Assembly: GCA_043228905.1 (NCBI GenBank)
Contig: JBHGNT010000010.1
Location: 7,316,001-7,380,000 of the forward strand
Source of the DNA: Azolla caroliniana
Lineage: Eukaryota; Plantae; Polypodiophyta
Direction of reading: 5' to 3'
Length of the DNA stretch: 64,000 nt
Shown here: piece after piece, positions 51,128 to 64,000 of the stretch
Numbering within the stretch: the first letter of the stretch is position 1
Layout of the letters: each line of letters begins with the position of its first letter
The notes under the pieces: generated by a model
Seen by the model: only the letters and a program-made list of their open reading frames with translations
The model's database searches: none
Told to the model about the DNA's origin: nothing
Translations under genes and position numbers: made by a program

Positions 51128-54100
51128 TCCGGTAGAGACCAACATCAATAGTTAAGAAACTTCAAATCTTGTCTCTCTTGTATTCATGTTAATAAAAAAT
51201 GTATAAAGGTGGGACACATTTGGAGGTGTGCAGTACTTGTATTTCCTAGAAGATTTCATTTCCTTATTGAGATGTTCTACCTAATTAATTATATACATGT
51301 TTTCCTCATTGCACAAGCAACAATCATGCAAATTAGTCACCAACCACAATTAATTCACAATTTGATGTGCACATTATTTATGTAAAGGTACCCGATATTG
51401 TAGTAGAATCCAAACAATAAATTGTCCCAAGCTATCTCCTTGACAGTGCGGATTATTCAAAAAGGCTAATAATGTATCTTTTAGACCTACCTCTACAAAT
51501 TACCATTAAGATCGTGCTCCACCCTAATTGTCTAAAAGAATTGGACAAAATGAAACGATAACCCAAATTTGGTTAAGGACATCAATTACATATGAGGGAC
51601 ACATTAGATGCATCTTTAAACATTTGCACAAACGTTAGCAACGCGTAAAGGCAATGGCACCACAATCTCATAAATAAGATACTAGGATTTTTATTTAAGG
51701 ATCTAGTGATCTCACTCATGAATTCATGTACAAGTACTTTCCAACTGTAATGCTTATTGCAATGATGTATCTTTATGAAAGGACATGAATGATCTCACCT
51801 ATAGAAAAAGAATAAAAATAGTGTGATTGACTATATCTATTTTTGGAATGTGTTGGAATTTGTCTTGTCATTTGATATACAATGTTTTTTCACTTGGTTC
51901 ATGGACTCAAGATTTGGACCATATGGCTTTATTTTTTTATCTTAAATGTATGGAAAGACTAGAGACCATAAAATTAAATCATAGTGCAAGACAAGCATAT
52001 TCATAGATAGATTTTAAGATAGAATTTATTTATGACAAGATCATAGATGGTTGATGATATGGCATACAAAGAAAATTCTAGAAATTTATGCAATGTTAGA
52101 ATTCAAGTAGAAACCTTAAAGAAAATTAGATTTCTTCATGCAAACAAATGTTTTATCTAACCAATATGAGATAATTATAGAATTAATGCCAAAAGAGACA
52201 AATGGATAGATATTTAACAATTCAATGGTGTGGGGAAATCAAAAGTTCTTTCATAAACATCCATCGACTCAAGGATGTATGCACATGTTTTGAGCAAGGA
52301 TAAAGATATACATCAAGGATGTATGTCTTGAGCAACTTGAGACAATATCTACCTATACAAACTAGTTCTTCCAAAAGGTAAAAAACATCACTTCATTGTA
52401 CAACTAGAACTCATTATACAAATATTACTTTCCATCTCTCATGGAAAACCACATAAGGGGCCTCTTCCCAATGAATTTGAGGTCATTTCCTCTTCTAACT
52501 CTTTGTTGAGAAGAATTAAAGAGTAATTCTAACAAGGATAGTTAAGGATATGCATAATAGAGATAAATAGAACATGCACATGTTTAAGTGAGGGTAAAGA
52601 TATACATCAAGGATGTATACCACAATGGGGTTAAGCAATGCAATGGAAAAGGTTAGAAATAAATTGAGACTAAATCAACATGTATTCAAAATATCAAGTA
52701 AAAATAAATAGTAGGTATAAAAGTTTGTATACATATTAAATATATTATGACGGGATATTTAATGTATTGATTTCATTCGATACAAGGTATGTCCTATCCA
52801 TTTATTACATGGGTGAACTTTAACGCACATTGTCCAAGAGGTGTGTTCATATAAATATTGTGGTTGGACTTGATATCTCAATATCTCTTTCCAACCTCAA
52901 TTATGTCATATAGAAAAGCTTGGATATTTTGCTAACATCAAGTACTATAATAACCATCCTTGCTTTAATGAAAATATTACCCTTTTAACAATCAATCTAG
53001 ATATGTTTGAAGAAATTGAAACACTTTGTGTTATTTTCAGATCAATGTCTCCTGTTGCATCAAATACTATCATAATTATTCCACTAAATACTACCATAAT
53101 TATTTTCAGATCAATGTCTCCATCTAACAATAAGCTTGGATACGATCGAGATGAATGTCTCCTGTTAAAATTCTCTCTTAGATGTGTTTGTATTGCACCT
53201 CAATGTTTATTTCCATTAGTTGGAAAATTTAGACGATTATTGTGTCTTGTAATTCGCATGTGTGATTGAGAGAGTCGTTGTGGGTAGCTTGTTGTTCCTC
53301 CGCTAGTTCGTATGATTTCCCATGGAGAAGTTGAAGCTTGAGGTTGATCATCCATCCTTCAAGCCCTCAAGCTAGATCGAAGCTTCCTAAGAAGAAGTTC
53401 ACGCACAAAGTTTCTCCACAATAAACCCAATTGAACTTTGTGTAGCCCTCAAGACAAATCAAAACTTTTGTTATCTAGAAGATATTGGAGTCCCTTGTGC
53501 CTTTGACATACCATAACACTCTCTTAGCATAATCCAATGTGCACATTATGGAATATTTGCATAAATTGTCTATTTATGTGGACCATGTACCTAAGGTCAA
53601 GTAAATTGACTTTGTAGCTACAATCAAGTCAGGTGTTCACCAATATTATACTATGTATTGGGTGGTAGACCTTGAATTCACTTGAATCTTTAAGTTCCCA
53701 TCAAGTTGGGTCGTGATCATCTTGTGCTCCGTGCTGAATCTAGACAAAAAATACAAACTACAAATGGCATCAAGAAAACAAGATCCCACAAGATATGTGT
53801 GGATAATCTTTATGCCAAGAAATTAATGAAGCTCATCCATTTTCTTCAGTTTGAATTTAGTAATGATTAGAGCCTATATTTCTTAATTGTGGCCAAGTAT
53901 TCTCCTTTAATAAGTAGGTTTTCAATGTAAAAAACTAGAGAATATAAGTCTATATAGGATCAAGTGTGTATATAGAGTGGAATAGTTTAACTAAGATGTG
54001 AGTTATGTGCTATGTGTGTATGAGAGAGAGAGAGAGAGGGAGAGAGAAAGAAAATCAAGATTAATAACATGTATTATTAAATTGGGGATGATTACAATAA

Positions 54101-54199
54101 CAACTACTTCAAATGATAATAAAAAGTTAATCAAATTATAACTTATACCAAAAAGGGGTTTGGTTTATATAGAGCTTCAGTGGAAGCACAAATACACTG

Positions 54200-55001
54200 A
54201 AGCTCAAATAGAAGTTAGCAACGATGTAGTAATGATGGTATCCACTTTATTCAATGCAAAGGCATCTTTGATTCACAAAGTCAATTGTGGGTTTTAATGC
54301 ACATGCCATAAGGAGTCCATGGTTGAACTGGCTATCTCAACAATCAATGTACAAGAGATTGAATAATACCATTGGAGTCAACTTGCATGCAAAATGGGTT
54401 GTTTGTCTTGGACATGCAGAAGCCAAAGTTACTTAGGTATTGGGTGATCTTTAAGTTCCACATCCTTAATGCTTGCTTAGGGAAATATAACTTCTTGAAT
54501 CAACATAATATGTGTAGGTTGGATTTCGATATGAATGTTGGTGGTTGTTGCATGTAGACCTCTTCTAATAACTCCCCTCAGAGAAATTCATTCTTCACAT
54601 CCATAGGGTGAAGACGTCACCACATTGGCATACAACGAGCACCAACATGGTCCACATGTTTGTTATCTTCACCAAGGGGGAAAAGGCCTCATCATTGTGA
54701 TCAAAACCATGGGTTTGGCAACAAGATTTTACAACAAGGCAAGCCTTGTGGTAGTTGATGGTGTCATATGAGTTGTAATTTATCTTGACATACACTCATT
54801 GACAAATACTTTTTTTGTATTCTTGTGTGGCCTTCAAAAGATTATCACTAATGCAATATTTGTGGGTCGAAGGGTTGTAGCACATGTATCCTTTCTATCC
54901 AAGAAAGTAGTCGAGGAAAATGCCAACCTTGATTCACCATTTACTTGGTGTTTATGCATTTAACTATTCTTGTTGAACTCTTTGTGTTGGAGTCTGATAC
55001 C
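54200..55001 (-). pseudogene. Heavily deleted copia internal fragment
   Basis: KACLVVK..QTHGFDHNDEAFSPLVKITN (RT), KGYMCYNPST (integrase tail), reverse-complement PBS TCTGATACC at 54993-55001. Confidence 0.7.
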
Positions 55002-55096
55002 GTTAGAGCTGAAACATAAACAACACCCTCAGAAAAAGATCGTTGAGTTAGCAAGTTAGAAATAGCAAGATCAGAGAGACAATGTGAGAGACATAG

Positions 55097-55780
55097 CCCA
55101 TTACTTGGTGGTTTCCTGTGATCAAGGCAGGTTAGTGTTCTCGATTGATGCTACGAGCCAAGGTATTTATTTGGAGAGTTATGGTTGGAGCTTTACCATT
55201 AGGGGATGCATTAAAAAAAAGAAACATTACTAAAGGATTGTGTTTCTTTTGTTTGGTGGAATTGGAACATAGTAGGAGGCATCGATTTATTTCATGCCCG
55301 ATGGCAAGGATGGTTTGGAGGTGTATCAGTTTAGTGTGGATGTCTCTAGCAGGAGTAAGTCTATCTTCCTTCAGTTGGGTTTTTGCACATATGGAGAACA
55401 ATGAACCGATGTCTCATTTTCAAATTATTTTTGAGTTCTTGAGGTATTGGGGGCTATGGTTCAATTGGAATATGCGGAATGCCTTCATTTTTTATTCGCA
55501 AGTTGGGGTGAGAAAATATGTTCTAAAGTTAAAAGAACTTCTTTTGTGGCAATTGACAATGCTAGAGAAGTCACAAAATCTGCCAGGAAGAGAGAGAACT
55601 CTGCAACGTCACATATCATCATACTTGCCATTTGAATTGGTGTGTAGGGTGGCATTGAGTTTGGTGTCGTAGTATTCTTTAGATCCCTAGATAGATAGAA
55701 GGGTTCTATAGTTTGTAGTAAGTTAGTCATGGTGGTGTTTTTTTCTTTCGTAATGAAAGCCATTATTTACGAAAAAAAAG
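55097..55780 (+). mobile_element. 5'-truncated LINE (zf-RVT tail) with poly(A), inserted in an LTR
   Basis: KVFIWRVMVGALP..CFFCLVELEHSRRHRFISCP..W..WNMRN peptide; A-run at 55772-55779. Confidence 0.85.
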
Positions 55781-56383
55781 AGAAACCGAGATGGAGAGAC
55801 AGAGAGGCACACAAGATGTAACTATATTATTTGAATTCTGTGAGTTACAACAAATGGAGGCAACTACTTAAACTAGGTTACAAAGCCTGTTATATACTAA
55901 CTCAGCTAGGGCAACTGCCCTTTGACATATCCAGAGGGTTGTCCTAAACCTAGATTGTCCAAGGGACAATGTGAATACGACCATTATATGCCCATATTCG
56001 ACACTCCCCCGCAATGGGCGTATACAACAGAAATCTGTAAAAAGAATAAATAAGAGTTACATATTATACAACATTATCGAACATATTCAGCTTTGTTCGA
56101 GTCGGCCAAAATCCAAGAACCGAAGGCTGAGTCGGCCAAAATCGGATAAGCTGAGGCCGAGTCTCGAATTGTCGATGTTGGTTGTTCGAAACTAGCCTGA
56201 GTGTCCAATGCAATCAGACTAATTTTTCATTACACCCATTTGGTGTTGAAGGGACCAGAATCGATGTGCCAAAAGATATTTGGTCATCTCATCTACGACA
56301 TTATCGGTTGTAGATATCTTCTCGAGGTCGATTTTCCCTGAAATGACGGAGTCCCGAACAAAGTGATATCAAATGTTGATATG
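55781..56383 (-). mobile_element. Copia 3' end (RNase H tail, PPT, LTR ending at 56003), same LTR family as 60865-61167
   Basis: HINI*YHFVRDSV..DLEKISTTDNVVD peptide. Minus strand GCGGGGGAG-TGTCGAATATGGGCATATAATGGTCGTATTCACA resembles TGTTGAATACGAGTGTATAATGGCCGTATTCACA at 60865. Confidence 0.8.
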
Positions 56384-59300
56384 TGTTGAGTGACAAGCTC
56401 AACTGATCCGGATCGGCTGAATAAGTCTGAGCCGGATCGACATCCGGAAGGATGAGCCGGATCGGTGAGCCGGTTAGCTAGATGAAGCAGTAACCGGAAG
56501 CCAAGTAGCAGCTAGTCTACTAGGGAGTTAATATCTCATAGTTAGTGTCAGACGCTCGTGTGAGCATTGAAGTACACCATACTTCTGTCAGTCTGTATGG
56601 ACTTGTATAAAAGTGTTCACTGAACACATACGATGTAGAGACTGAGTAGTAGTATTTTTTGAAATTGAGTTTTTGTCTCTCCCGTGTACTATTAAGCTCT
56701 CCATTAAACCTGTTTTTTGTTTTCTATTGCTTCGGCACACTATTTGTTTCTACATGGTATCAAAGCACGAGGGTTGAGAACCTCTACAGCCGACATTTGC
56801 TTTCGCAAGAAGAAAACCTAACCTTTGTAAAGAAAATAAAAAAACAAATGGATAGAGGAATGGCTAGCTCACTCCCGGTGGAGAAGCTCGACAGATCCAA
56901 CTACGCATCTTGGTCATACAAGGTGCACCAGTACCTGCTTGGGCATGGTTATTGGAGCTATGTCGATGGAGCTAACGACACAACACCTGATGCGGCACAA
57001 CAAGGACTTCCCGGTGTTGGAACAATCGGCAAGCAGAGTGATGTACTACTTTGCGTCCAGTGTCGGAGATCAGCTACTGAGCCACATCCGAGATGCCAAG
57101 ACGTTGAAAGAGGCTTGGGGAAACTTGAAGAAGGTGTTCGCCGGAAGCACTACAGCCCGGAAGCTGCAACTCCGACAAGAGTTGAGCAATGTCCGACAGA
57201 AGGACATGTTGGTGGCTGATTACACGGCCCGAATCAAAGAGATCTGTGACTCACTTGCCTCTATCAACGTCACAGTAGAGGAAGACGAGATGGTACAAGT
57301 CTGTCTTGGGGGCCGGGCGTCTAAGTTCCGAGCTTTTCGGACAACAGTATGTACGAGGGAGAATACGCCATCATTTTTTGACTTACAGTCGATGCTCCTT
57401 GTAGAGGAGAACCACGTCGGTGCGTCAACAAGTGCACCCACCGACAACCGGATGATATACACGGAGGCAGATCGGCCCCGTGGGCGTGGTGGACGAGGCA
57501 GGTTAGCACACAATGGAGGCGGTCGGCAAGAGCAGGAAAGAAGGCATAGAGAACGTGCCGACAGCAGTTCCGGGACTTCCACAAGCAGGGGGAGTCAAGG
57601 CGGCGCCGGAGGTCAGCAAGAGAAATCCACCACGAAATGCTGGCACTATGGCAAAAAGGGCCACAAAGAAAGGGAGTGTTTGAAGAAGCGCGCCGATTCG
57701 GACAGATCTGGATTCGGCAAAACCGGTCGGGAGAACCGACAAAGCTCGCACTACGCGTACGGATCGAAAGGATCTGGAACCGGGAAGACCGATAAGGGGC
57801 CAACCTTGGTGATGAAGCACGAGGCAAATTCGATGAAGAAGACCACTTCCAAATCGGAGGAAGTATGGTATGTTGATTCCGGTGTGTCAAATCACATGAC
57901 GAGCCACAGAGAGTGGTTCTCTTTTCTAGAGAAACCGGAACAACCGGGAGTTGTCGAAACCGGAGATGACACTCCTCACCCAATCGTGCATGTCGGAGAA
58001 GTTCCTTTGAGCCACATTGGACAGAAGGGGAAGCTGATGAACGTATTACACGTTCTGACTATCACGAAGAAACTGGTCTTAGTTGGTCAGATTGTTGACC
58101 AGGGTATGCAAGTGCGGTTTACGCACCTCGGGTGCTTCATCGAGGAAGAGGGCCAGATTATTGCGCAAGGGTGCAGAGACGGGAGGATGTTTATCCTCGA
58201 CACCAATGACGTCGGCACCGCGTTGTTCGCCAAAGGACAGAAGATTGAATCCGACATCAATCTTTGGCATGAGCGGATCAACCACGTCAATTATCGGAGG
58301 CTTCAAGACCTGCAAACGAAACAAGTTATTTTCGGTTTGCTGAAGTTCAGTGGCCAGAAGGCCCAAATATGTGAAGCCTGCCAACTCGGGAAGCAACACC
58401 GGCTTACATTCCCCATCGAATGAAACTGTAGCCGTAACAAGCTCAACCTTATTCATTCGGATGTATGGGGACCGGCACAGAACATGAGTCTTGGTGGGAG
58501 TCGATACTTCGTCTCCTTCATCGATGACTATAACTGGCACACATGGATCTACCTCATTGAGCGGAAGAGCGAAGTCTTCGACTGTTTCCGGAACCTCCAA
58601 AGCATGGTGGAACGGGAATTGGAGAGGAAGATCAAGTACCTGCAATCGGATGGCGGAAAAGAATATTTTTCCGGCCAATTCAACAGTTATCTGCAACAAA
58701 CAGGAATTCGGAGAGAGTTCAGCTACAAATACACACCGGAGCAAAACGGTGTGGCCAAAAGGAAGAACCGGTCGTTTGTCGACGCGGCAAGGGCAATGCT
58801 GGAAGAGAAGAGCATGCCCCATTTCTACTGGGCAGAGACTGTCCGGACGACCGTCTACATCCAAAACCGGATTGGTGACAAGGTGTCCGCGCATGAGCTG
58901 TATTTTGGGCGTAAGCCGAACTTAGAGACATCTTCGGATTTTCGGTAGCATAGCATATGTGCATGTGCCGGATGAGAAGCGGAGGAAGTTGGATGCAAAA
59001 TCGGAGAAGTGCATCCTAGTCGGCTACTCACATGAGCAAAAGGGGTATAACTGTTATAACCCCCAGACGAAGCAGGTCCGAGTTAGCCGCGATGTTGAGT
59101 TCGATGAAACGACATCATGGTACTCCTTACCAACTTTGACTTCCGATCCCGACCTGATGCCGGAGGATGAGGCTAGTGAGCCTGAACCGGCCCAGGTAGA
59201 AGATGATGAATCCGGGACTCAAGAAGAGAGTCCGGAATCATTTCGGTTGAGTGGGCCGAACGAGAGACTGGGACGATCCGACCAGTCAGATGAGGAACCA

Positions 59301-60864
59301 GCAAGTAGTCAAGACTCTACCGTGCTCTCCCCGCGCAAGGAACCGAGGTGACGGTTCACGCGCAAAGAGAAGGGGAAGAAGAAGATGCCGGATTATGAAA
59401 CCGATAATGATGAGTCGGATCGGAGCGGATCCGACTCCGAAAAGGAAAATGTCGGTTCTTCGGCAACAAAGACCGAACTGGCCAAGCAGGGCCTCAAACT
59501 GGGTAATACCAAGTTACGCTGGTCTTCCCACCAGAAGATCCGCGTGATGCGGTACAGGTATAATGCGTGAGCCGGAGAGCTACGCAGAAGCTGCAAAGGA
59601 TGCAAATTGGCGTGCCGCAATGGAGGAAGAAATGCGGGCACTTGATGCCAACGACACATGGAACCTGGTTGACCCTCCCCGACACTATAAACCGATCAGA
59701 TGCAAGTGGGTGTACAAGGTAAAGTACAACGCTGACGGTTCAGTTAACCGGTACAAGGCCTGGTTAGTGGCGAAGGGATACGCGTAGACCCACGGAATTG
59801 ACTACGACAAGACCTTCGCTCTGGTAGTGAAGATGACGATGGTTCGTGTGGTGCTAGCGGTCGCTGCGGAAAGGGGGTGGCATCTTCACCAAATGGACGT
59901 GAAGAATGCATTTCTTCAAGGCGATCTAGAAGAAGAGGTCTTTATGACCCAACCTCCCGGTTTCCAGACGGAGATGAACAAGTCGGCGGTATGCCGGCTG
60001 AAGAAGTCACTTTATGGCCTGAAGCAAGCTCCCCGAGCTTGGAATGCGAAGATTATGCACCGGGTTGCGTAAGATGGGGTTTGCGGCCTCCAAGTCTGAC
60101 TCTTTGTTGTTCATCTGGCAAGGTCCGGACGGTCCAGTTTGCATTTTGCTGTATGTTGATGATGTAGTCATCCCCGGACCCGGACTCAATGAAAGCAACC
60201 GAGTCAAGGCTCAACTATCAGACGCATTTGAGATGAAGGACCTAGGGGACCTTCATTATTTCCTTGGGATCGAGGAGATCCAAACCGCCGACGGCATATT
60301 TCTCTCACAAAGACACTATGTGTTGAATATGCTATACAAGTTCGGCATGACAGAATGCCGACCCGTCTCAACACCCCTGGACCGGAACCAGAAGCTCTGT
60401 CCCAACTCAAGATTGGCATGCGATGAGAAATGGTTCTGACAAATTGTCGGAAGCCTTATATATTTGACCATCACCCGACCCGACATCAGCTATCCGGTCG
60501 GTGTGATTAGCCAATTCATGTAGAAGCCGACTGTAGAGCATCTTCAGTGCATGCACCAAATACTGCGGTATGTGAGTGGCACGAAGGACTGGGGACTGTT
60601 ATACCGGCGAGGTATAATGGAAGAGCTAGTCCGCTACACTGATGCTAACTGGGCCGGCGATGCATCGGATCGCCGATCCACCTTCGGTTACATGTTTTCC
60701 CTAGGTAGCGCAGCTGTTGCATGGAGCAGCAAAAAGCAGCCAATAGTGGCTCTATCGAGCACTGAGGCTGAGTATCGGGGCGCTACAGTCACCACTTGTG
60801 AAGCCATTTGGCTTCGGCGATTGCTGCAAGACCTACAGATCGAGGTACCGACCTTGATCCTGAT
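56384..60864 (+). mobile_element. Ty1/copia family C, third copy, interrupted in RNase H
   Basis: 5' LTR 56384-56754, PBS TGGTATCAAAGC, gag-protease ORF 56939-58423, integrase, RT and RNase H fragments. The 3' end presumably lies beyond the window. Confidence 0.95.
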
Positions 60865-63800
60865 TGTTGAATACGAGTGTATAATGGCCGTATTCACACT
60901 ATCCCTTTGGACAACCTAAGTTCGGGCTATTTGTGTAAATAGCATAAAGGGCAGTTGCCCTAGGATAGTCACTATATAAAGTGGCTTTGTAACCTTTAGT
61001 GAAGGTTGGTTGTCTTTTGTAACTGTTGCTATTGGAATATAACGTTTTCCTTTTGTGCCTCTCTCTCTCTCTCTCTCTCTCTCTATGTCTATCTTGCTCA
61101 TGCATACACAGATTCCTTCATCACGAATGTTGCTTGCACTTCCGCATTGACGGCCTTGTCCCCAACATTTGGTATCAGAGCATTGGAGGTTCTTCAACCC
61201 GCTGCCGGCTGTCATCACACATCACAACATTCTGTTTTCGTTTTCTTTGAAGAACAGAGAAAGGAGAAGAAAAACAAAAAACTCGCATCTCATTGTGTTA
61301 AATCACAAATTGGAGTAAGCCAGTCGGTTGTACTCTGTTCCTGTGATTGTAACCGCTTGAGGGGAGCTCCTTGAGCAACAACCGACCCAATCGTGCTTCA
61401 TTTGGTTAAACAACATCCGAATAGGTCACCGGACGCTATTCACCCGCTTCTTGTAACCACCTGCTGCAGATTGGTCTCCTGACAACAACCACTTTGTGCT
61501 TCACTCGGCTGATCGACATTCAGGAGGATTAGTTGGATCCGTCCCTCTCATCGCTGTAGTCATCCAAAGCAGAATCGGCCCAAAACAATCGGTTTCGTGT
61601 AATCGGTATTCGGCATACAATCGGAAGCTAACTGGGCTCACTCCGATTCGGCAACATTCGGGAAGACCAGTTGGTTCTGTCCCTCAAGTTATCGGAGTCA
61701 CTCCGAGCAAGTTCAACAACAAGTATCCGAAACCAAACCGACTAGAACGATATCAGGTGAGCCGACCGGCTGCACCCCACTAAGGTTCATAGTCAACTCC
61801 GAACCGAGTCTTACCAACCGAAACCGAAGCAGATGGCATCAACATCCGGCTCATCAGAGATGAGTCTAAGGAGGTTTGACGGTTCGAACTTCAACTTCTG
61901 CAAGGAACAAATGCAGGACTATCTCATAGTCAAGGTCAGATAGACCCAATTGAGAATGAAAATCCTCCAGAAGCATACAAGGCAAACGAGTGGCTAAAGC
62001 TGGACAGAATCGTTCGCGCCACGATTCGGATGCACTTGTCGGAGTCAGTGTACTTCACAGTGCAATCATGCACGACAACGTTTGAACTTTGTAAAACATT
62101 GTTGGAAACTTATGAAAAGAAGGTTGCCGCAACGAAGATGTATCTGATCCGGCGCCTCTACAACTTGTGGATGAAAGAATCTGATTCGGTTCAGGCACAC
62201 CTCAACGAGTACGAAAGCATAATCTCCCAAATCTTGTCTCAAGGGACAACAATCGAGGATGAACTCAGAGCAATGATACTCATGAGTAGTCTCCCCTCTT
62301 CATGGGAAACTTTCGTTACAACCGTGTGCAATGCTTCAACAACTGCAGTTAAGTACTCCGAAGTCACGAACGCAATCCTGACTAAAGCAACTCGGAGAAA
62401 GTCTTTCGCCAAAGATTCGGCAGATGAAGCTTACATAGTACAAGGTTCGACCGACCGATAGAACAACCGGGGAAGAAGTTCTTCCCGACCGCCGAACAAT
62501 TAGCGAAGCCGGAGCAAGTCCCGGGACAACCGAATCTGCAACTACTACAAGAAACCGGGACACATCAAAGCCGACTACCGGGCACTCAAAGCAAAAATCG
62601 ACAAATCTCAGAGAGCAGATCAAAAGAGTAGTCGGCATGAGGAGGTCAACTACGTCGGCTCTTCAGCCGAAATTTTGACGACCGACCCGAATATACTGTC
62701 CATAGAGAACCCAGTCAAATCAGAAGTTCTGCTCATGACTGAGGAATCGAGCACATGGCTCCTGGACTCGGGCACATCGTATCATGTGACACCTCACCAA
62801 TCTCAGTTTCGGCAATACTCGGACTGGCACTCGGACTCAGTTCGAGTTGGAAACTCACAACACTGTGCTATAATCGGAATCGGCACCATAGAGCTCAATC
62901 TTCTGGAAGGCTCTACACTTGTACTACACAACGTCCGACACGTTCCTAAGCTTTCAAGTCCCTTGATCTCAGTCGGACAACTTGACAAAGCCAGCATCCG
63001 TGCCGGATTCTCATCAGGAGGGTGGACACTCTACAAAGGGAACCTCGTACTTGCTCAAGGACCAAAGGTACATTCCTTGTATCCTTTATATGTCACACTC
63101 AAAGAGGGTGACTTACTTTTGGTTGATATCCCCGTGTCATCGTTATGGCACGGACGACTTGGACACCTCAGTAAGGCCAGCATAATGCACCTATCCAGAG
63201 CCGGTTTCATCCCCAAACTCTCCTTCTCGGATCACCAATTCTCCGAGCATTGCCAGTATGGCAAACAGGTAGCCACATCACACCCGACATCAGCACCAAG
63301 AGAATCGAGTCCCCTCGATTTGGTCCATTTGGACGACTGTGGCCCGATGCCACATCAGTCTCTCGGCGGTGCTTCGTACTTCGTCAGTTTCATTGACGAC
63401 TCGACTCGGAAGGTGTGGGCTTACCCCATCAGAACCAAAGATCGGGTGTTCTCGATCTTCTCCGAATGGCTTGCAATGGTCGAAAATCAGACCGGTCGGA
63501 AACTGAAATGTCTCTGAACCGACAATAAAGGAGAATTAAAGTCTGAAGAATTCGTCAAATTTTGCTGGGAACGCGGCATTCGACGTCAATATACGACACC
63601 CTATAGTTTGGAAAAGAACGGAATTGCTGAACGCATGAATCGGATGATTCAAGAACGCGTAACATCCATGCTCCAACACTCCAGATTGTCGGATGGCTTC
63701 TGGGTGGAGGTTCTACTTACGGCAGTACACATAATAAATATGTCGCAAAGTAGACCTCTAGGACTTCAAATACCTCAGGAAATATGGACTGGCAATAAGC

Positions 63801-64000
63801 CGAATTATGACAAACTGAGGATCTTCAATTGCGAGGCGTATGCTCTCATACCGAAAGACGACCGCCGGAAACTTGAACCAAGTTCAAGGAAATGTGTTTT
63901 TCTTGGATATGGATCCGACGGCGAGATCAGATACCGACTCTGGGACCCCGAGCACAGAAAAGCGTTCGAAGTTCTGACATCGTGTTCAATGAGTCGGCTA
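60865..64000 (+). mobile_element. Ty1/copia (Tork/Tnt1-like) element, 5' part, running off the window
   Basis: LTR 60865-61167, PBS TGGTATCAGAGC at 61170, gag (62030-62461), WLLDSGTSYHVT protease, LWHGRLGHLS, YFVSFIDDSTRKVW integrase. Contains stops. Confidence 0.95.

Noticed and set aside
51200-53900. Possible host gene or transposase relic with short duplications near 52301/52595 and 53033/53102
   Set aside because: No sustained ORF, splice pattern or recognisable domain.

Overview
Gene-free, retrotransposon-saturated plant nuclear DNA. The element mix (Tcn1-like chromovirus, tRNA-Trp-primed gypsy, L1/Tx1-like LINE) suggests a non-seed plant such as a fern, which is inference only. The window is a nest of Ty1/copia elements, gypsy remnants, a nearly complete LINE ORF2, solo LTRs and local tandem repeats, and several target-site duplications (TSDs) can be read directly. 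The most unusual signal is in two non-autonomous LTR families with unrelated LTRs (6774-9986, 19651-22166, 2608-6400). They lack a polypurine tract (PPT) and instead carry a conserved 40-nt copy of a tRNA-Arg-like 3' end (T-arm, acceptor strand, CCA, plus an extra hairpin) directly before the 3' LTR. On the minus strand this is a second primer-binding site (PBS). A second signal is an antisense tRNA-like A-box/B-box unit at the 5' end of three gypsy-type LTRs. All tRNA assignments come from recalled plant tRNA sequences and need checking. No host protein-coding gene, rRNA, intact tRNA or CRISPR array is supported.
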